Part shown: positions 16,388-20,000 of the stretch, piece after piece
How positions within the stretch are numbered: the first letter of the stretch is position 1
How the letters are laid out: every line of letters starts with the position of its first letter
Source: an uncultured virus (IMG/VR IMGVR_UViG_3300027782_003801)
Lineage: Duplodnaviria; Heunggongvirae; Uroviricota; Caudoviricetes
DNA length: 20,000 bases
Direction: 5' to 3' (one strand)
Virus record (IMG/VR): IMGVR_UViG_3300027782_003801
The notes under the pieces: generated by a model
Database searches by the model: none
The model's input: only the letters and a program-made list of their open reading frames with translations
Told to the model about the DNA's origin: nothing
Position numbers and translations under genes: made by a program

Positions 16388-16888
16388 TTATTTGGAATAT
16401 ATTCTTTTATAGTTATTAACATTTTCTACAATCTCTGTTAACATTACAGCGGATACCTTGTCATACGCCCTCAACATAAACAATTGATTGCCAGACAACA
16501 TTGCGAGATCTGCTGTCCCATCTTGGAAGTATAAATCTATTGGGTCTATTAGAACTCTAACTTCATTGATATCATTATCGGACCTAAAGAAAGGACAACG
16601 ACCATACACATATGTATCTCTTACAGTGTAGAGTTTGATAGTGTCCTTCATGTTAGTTAAGGCTCTAATCTGCATAATGATTACTTCTAATTCAGACAAC
16701 TGTTGAAAGTCCACCTTGTGTTTAGAAACTTTATTACTGTACTCTGTTACAAAATCTGCCAGACAATATCCACCTGGCTGATCAGATCCGTGACTCCTTG
16801 TTATGAACTGGTCGTAAGTACTTCTTTCTTTAGAGGTACCTACAATGTTTACGAATACTCCTTCCGTGGTTTTATTTAACCTACCCAT
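16388..16888 (-). CDS. Hypothetical protein
   Basis: 166 aa; TAATG overlap; carries two embedded 14-bp motifs. Confidence 0.7.
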   Translation of the reverse strand: MGRLNKTTEGVFVNIVGTSKERSTYDQFITRSHGSDQPGGYCLADFVTEYSNKVSKHKVDFQQLSELEVIIMQIRALTNMKDTIKLYTVRDTYVYGRCPFFRSDNDINEVRVLIDPIDLYFQDGTADLAMLSGNQLFMLRAYDKVSAVMLTEIVENVNNYKRIYSK

Positions 16889-17103
16889 TATAGTATATTT
16901 AAATTGTTAATAAATTTGCCAAACAATATCGACCAGGATGATCTCTGTGGTTGTCCAAGAAAAACTCTGGTGTTAAACACATTGCCTCCATAATATGGAG
17001 TTGGTTTGTTGTAGTGACTTGCCACACCAAATTGGCGGAACCATTCGTCCTGAGGAGGTTGTTTTTCAGGATATGTTGTCTTACATACTCTTTCTTTAGT
17101 CAT
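16888..17103 (-). CDS. Small hypothetical protein
   Basis: 71 aa, overlapping both neighbours. Confidence 0.65.
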   Translation of the reverse strand: MTKERVCKTTYPEKQPPQDEWFRQFGVASHYNKPTPYYGGNVFNTRVFLGQPQRSSWSILFGKFINNLNIL

Positions 17104-17752
17104 TTAATTCTTCTTTAAGTTGTTTAATAATTGTTTCTTTATCTTCATCCGTTACGAAACCGAAGTTCTCGTTTACATATTCTACTATTTTAACTTCATC
17201 TATTGTTTCATCCTCATCTTCTTCATCATCAGATGTTATTTCATCACGAGCTGAATCAATCATAGATTCAAGCTCCGAATTCCAAAACAACTCCTTGTCC
17301 AACAAATAAATGCCCTCCAAATAAGGATACTCACTATCATCAACCATTGTGAATCCATCTTCATCACGATAGATTTTGGTTTCACCACTGAACCCTATAC
17401 CACCTTCACTATAGAAGATGTAAGCTTCAATACCATCATACTGCTTAACCAAGTTGGTTAGAAATTCTATGGGAGGACTCCAAGCTGTATCAGGATATAA
17501 TCTGATTTCAGTTTCATCATAATCCATATTACAATCACTATATGACACATCCCATTTAGTCCCGAACCAACTTACATTGGTATTGTACCAATCCTTATCA
17601 TAATCGGCTTTAGTCATATGGTCAGGATATCCAATAAGGGATTGGAATACTCTGTCTTCACCATCTTTAGTATTTTCAATAACCCTTACTAAAGTAGCTA
17701 TAATTTTTTCATCTCCATTAATTCTAATGGAATTGTTACACCAGTTTGGCAT
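17096..17752 (-). CDS. DUF1281/YubB ferredoxin-like domain protein
   Basis: MPNWCNN, WY.....FGTKWD, TAWSPP, YSEGG motifs. Confidence 0.75.
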   Translation of the reverse strand: MPNWCNNSIRINGDEKIIATLVRVIENTKDGEDRVFQSLIGYPDHMTKADYDKDWYNTNVSWFGTKWDVSYSDCNMDYDETEIRLYPDTAWSPPIEFLTNLVKQYDGIEAYIFYSEGGIGFSGETKIYRDEDGFTMVDDSEYPYLEGIYLLDKELFWNSELESMIDSARDEITSDDEEDEDETIDEVKIVEYVNENFGFVTDEDKETIIKQLKEELND

Positions 17753-17770
17753 GATATATAATTTAATTGA

Positions 17771-18232
17771 TTACCAAGATGAACGATAGTAAAAAGAAGC
17801 ACCTTTATTATCTTCTTCTAATAAATCTTTAAGTTGAATAATAGTAGATTTAACTTCTTCCCAATAGTATTCGTCAATTTCATCACTACCGAAGAAGAAA
17901 CCCTGTGCTGTTGGCAGTATAGTTTCTGCAGTGTCTTTATTATCATAGACATATGTTAATGTTTCCAATAACATCTTCAGGTCTGATTCATCTACAAAAC
18001 ATTCTTTACAATCATCCACACCCTCTTGTACATTATCGACGAACCATTTGTGAAGAGCATTAAACTTTCTCCACTCCATCACCTGTTCCATAACATAACA
18101 AATTCTGTCAGGTTTAATGTGGTCTAATTTCTTTTTACCTTTCTTAACAGAGATGGTGTGTCTTTCATTATCAGACATCCAATCCCAATTCTTAACATAG
18201 TGTTTCTTGTAGAGATACATATCTAATCCCAT
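17771..18232 (-). CDS. Conserved phage hypothetical protein (MGLDMYL...WRK.N...YYxSSW family)
   Basis: Recognisable motifs MGLDMY, WRKFNALHKWF, LPT..GFFFG, YYRSSW. Confidence 0.75.
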   Translation of the reverse strand: MGLDMYLYKKHYVKNWDWMSDNERHTISVKKGKKKLDHIKPDRICYVMEQVMEWRKFNALHKWFVDNVQEGVDDCKECFVDESDLKMLLETLTYVYDNKDTAETILPTAQGFFFGSDEIDEYYWEEVKSTIIQLKDLLEEDNKGASFYYRSSW

Positions 18233-18251
18233 AGTTGTAAGTTTTAGGATA

Positions 18252-18284
18252 CAAAGATAATGAATATTCTTTTATAACGCCAAA
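18252..18284 (-). promoter_or_regulatory. Consensus Bacteroidota promoter for the minus-strand operon
   Basis: TTTG (18281-18284), N21, TATCTTTG (18252-18259). Confidence 0.8.
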
Positions 18285-18359
18285 TTATTTAAAGCTTTTT
18301 TTATAAAAAAACATGCGCGCAGATCAGGTGGATATTGTTTGGCAAATTCTGTTATTGAT

Positions 18360-18372
18360 TATCAATGAGTTA
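18360..18372 (+). promoter_or_regulatory. IHF-consensus site
   Basis: TATCAA-TGAG-TTA matches WATCAANNNNTTR exactly; lies between inverted 14-bp motifs. Confidence 0.55.
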
Positions 18373-18454
18373 TGTTTTGCCAAACAACATCGTTGCTGCG
18401 CGCAGATCTGCAGCATGCTATGCGAAACAAGTATTACATGCGAAACAACATAGC

Positions 18455-18485
18455 AAAAAAATCCCCCGTACTTCTACGAGGGATT
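18455..18485 (-). terminator. Rho-independent terminator
   Basis: Minus strand ATCCCTCGTA-GAAG-TACGGGGGAT followed by T6. Confidence 0.8.
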
Positions 18486-18512
18486 GAACTAAACTTACTA
18501 ACCCACATCCAT

Positions 18513-18692
18513 TTATTTTTTACAAACTAAATCACTCAATAGTCGAGAACTACCTTTGATTATTATTGTTTCTTTCATTGCTTCGTCAATCGTTGTAATA
18601 CCCTTCTTGTGTAGTTTGAAATCAGTACCATTGTTGGTGTACCAAATTTCATACGTTTTGTTGTTTGAAGACAACTTAATAGTGGTCGTCAT
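18513..18692 (-). CDS. Small hypothetical protein (59 aa)
   Basis: Start revised to MTTTIKL at 18692 (AACTATG context as in neighbours); followed by a terminator. Confidence 0.65.
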   Translation of the reverse strand: MTTTIKLSSNNKTYEIWYTNNGTDFKLHKKGITTIDEAMKETIIIKGSSRLLSDLVCKK

Positions 18693-18808
18693 AGTTTTAC
18701 GGATTTGTTGAAATGCTAAAGTAATACAAAAAACAATACAAACCAACAAATTTATTTTTATTTATTTTTGCCAGACAATATCCGTCAGGGGCCCACAGGT
18801 ATTACACC

Positions 18809-18840
18809 AAATAAAAATGGGTATCATTTCTGATACCCAT
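18809..18840 (-). terminator. Rho-independent terminator
   Basis: Perfect 10-bp stem ATGGGTATCA-GAAA-TGATACCCAT followed by TTTTATTT. Confidence 0.85.
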
Positions 18841-18906
18841 CGTATAACAAACACTCTCCATATAAACACTATATAATATACCGAATATTTTGGATATAAA
18901 CAAATA

Positions 18907-19203
18907 TTACCAACCATCTACTTCATTTGGATTGGTTGAGAGAGTATTATTCAATACTTGTATCATCTCACCCACTTTATCCATATAATAAATCTCGGCT
19001 GTGGGTTCATTACCATTCTCACTTGGTTGTAATACTTCATTTAAACCATCAATTTCTTCCCAACCAATATCCTCCAGGTCCCCTCTGTCATACATTTCTT
19101 TAGCAATCTTGACAGCTTCGTTTAAATCGTTAGCCTTTACCTCAAACTCGGTTTTCATCCATGTTGTTACCTTTTGGTCAAGGCGAAAGTCAAATGTTTT
19201 CAT
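18907..19203 (-). CDS. Hypothetical protein, DpnD/PcfM-like N-terminus
   Basis: EVKANDLNEAVKIA pattern. Confidence 0.6.
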   Translation of the reverse strand: MKTFDFRLDQKVTTWMKTEFEVKANDLNEAVKIAKEMYDRGDLEDIGWEEIDGLNEVLQPSENGNEPTAEIYYMDKVGEMIQVLNNTLSTNPNEVDGW

Positions 19204-19214
19204 ATTGTTTTATT

Positions 19215-19397
19215 TTAAAATTTACCTACGTGTTTTCCCCTATGAGCCCCGTATTTCTTTTCAAATTTCATGATGGCTTCACGAGGCGTGTGCATCCAAT
19301 ACGTCTCCTCGTTCCCTTTTTTATTCCATATATTAATCACCAAACCATCTTGGTTAAAGTGCATAAGTGGAGGTTCTTTTTTCATAACTTTTTTCAT
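19215..19397 (-). CDS. Small hypothetical protein
   Basis: Tightly packed minus-strand operon. Confidence 0.6.
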   Translation of the reverse strand: MKKVMKKEPPLMHFNQDGLVINIWNKKGNEETYWMHTPREAIMKFEKKYGAHRGKHVGKF

Positions 19398-19398
19398 A

Positions 19399-19653
19399 TT
19401 ATCTCCGATTTTTATTTATCTCCACAAGACGTTCCCAACTCCAAGTTATTTTTTTCTTTCGTCTGTTCATCGTCATTATCACAAACACATCTTCTCTATC
19501 ACCAGTACCCACACCTTCCCACCATTTTGACGGAACGATTTCAAGATAGATTTCAATACCATCATTTATTTCTTTATCAGTAAAATTACTATTAAAATAT
19601 TTTACATACTCAAAGAACTCATCTCTTTTCTTTTTTGAAATTTTCTTTTCCAT
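19399..19653 (-). CDS. Small hypothetical protein
   Basis: Tightly packed minus-strand operon. Confidence 0.65.
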   Translation of the reverse strand: MEKKISKKKRDEFFEYVKYFNSNFTDKEINDGIEIYLEIVPSKWWEGVGTGDREDVFVIMTMNRRKKKITWSWERLVEINKNRR

Positions 19654-19656
19654 AAC

Positions 19657-19896
19657 TTAATATTTACTTCTAATACCCCTTCTACGATATAAGTCGTCGT
19701 ACGGGTTAATATTTGGTTTAAGTGATTCATTGATTAATGTAATGTCAGCTTCAGATATTTCATCCACAAACTTCTTATCAAGGTCATCAATGTGTTTGCC
19801 GGACAACTTGTCGTAACCACCCATCTGATATTTGGGGTAGATGATTTTGGTTTCGGTGTCAAGTACAGATGCAACTGATTTTAATTCTACTATCAT
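19657..19896 (-). CDS. Small hypothetical protein
   Basis: Tightly packed minus-strand operon; AACTATG start context. Confidence 0.65.
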   Translation of the reverse strand: MIVELKSVASVLDTETKIIYPKYQMGGYDKLSGKHIDDLDKKFVDEISEADITLINESLKPNINPYDDLYRRRGIRSKY

Positions 19897-19899
19897 AGT

Positions 19900-20000
19900 T
19901 TAAGATTTAGGGAAGTCATCTTCCGTGATTTCTAATATTGTTTCCACATTATAATTCCAACTATCCATATAACCAAATAGGTCTTCATCACTCTCTTTGA
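19900..20000 (-). CDS. 3' end of a hypothetical protein (partial)
   Basis: Open frame ...KESDEDLFGYMDSWNYNVETILEITEDDFPKS* ending 3 nt before the next start. Confidence 0.6.
   Translation of the reverse strand, partial: KESDEDLFGYMDSWNYNVETILEITEDDFPKS

Larger units (their letters stand above)
13694..18781 (+). repeat. Dispersed polar 14-bp motif TTGCCARACAAYAT (11 close copies)
   Basis: Starts at 13694, 13755, 14431, 14719, 15103, 16488, 16756, 16916, 18377 and 18768 (+), and 18332-18345 (-). Confidence 0.9.

Noticed and set aside
17771..18232. Enzyme annotation for the MGLDMYL protein
   Set aside because: No catalytic motif that I can support; kept as conserved hypothetical
18907..19203. 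MKTFDF as another FKF-tag member
   Set aside because: Acidic residue at the conserved K/R position, and the segment fits the first strand of a DpnD-like fold
2076..19583. Antisense/overlapping ORF-track entries (2076, 2161, 5072, 5112, 5641, 6628, 6797, 8067, 10510, 11540, 11749, 12473, 13847, 15088, 15474, 15849, 19001, 19161, 19270)
   Set aside because: Shadows of better-supported, tightly packed genes or promoters, with atypical composition
1..20000. Stop-codon reassignment as in some large Bacteroidota phages
   Set aside because: Standard code gives dense, abutting ORFs; TAG (6037, 12953) and TGA end genes at promoter, terminator or overlap boundaries

Overview
AT-rich, gene-dense viral-type DNA, most consistent with a jumbo/huge phage of a Bacteroidota host. 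The evidence is the TTTG-N19-21-TAnnTTTG promoters, the lack of Shine-Dalgarno sites, many small orphan ORFs and (I/L)-x-E-tagged putative virion proteins. Left arm (1-12953, mostly + strand): glycan/surface-modification enzymes (DegT-like tail, SAM methyltransferase, sulfotransferase-like, two SGNH-like), a 3D-domain protein with small membrane proteins, nine dissimilar proteins sharing a terminal FKF(L/F) tag (several with Rmf-like modules) and a four-repeat putative polyprotein. Right arm (13862-20000): all minus-strand, small conserved phage hypotheticals. The arms converge on a ~900 bp hairpin- and repeat-rich non-coding hub (12954-13861). The strongest unexplained signal is a 14-bp motif, TTGCCARACAAYAT, in 11 close copies confined to 13.7-18.8 kb. 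Ten are co-oriented, several lie inside genes in different frames, most are followed by GATC, and one inverted pair brackets an IHF-consensus site. An unannotated 58-aa AP2/integrase-arm-like DNA-binding protein gene sits among them. This is a candidate packaging/partition/replication control system. All functional calls come from motif recognition by eye; no database searches were run.
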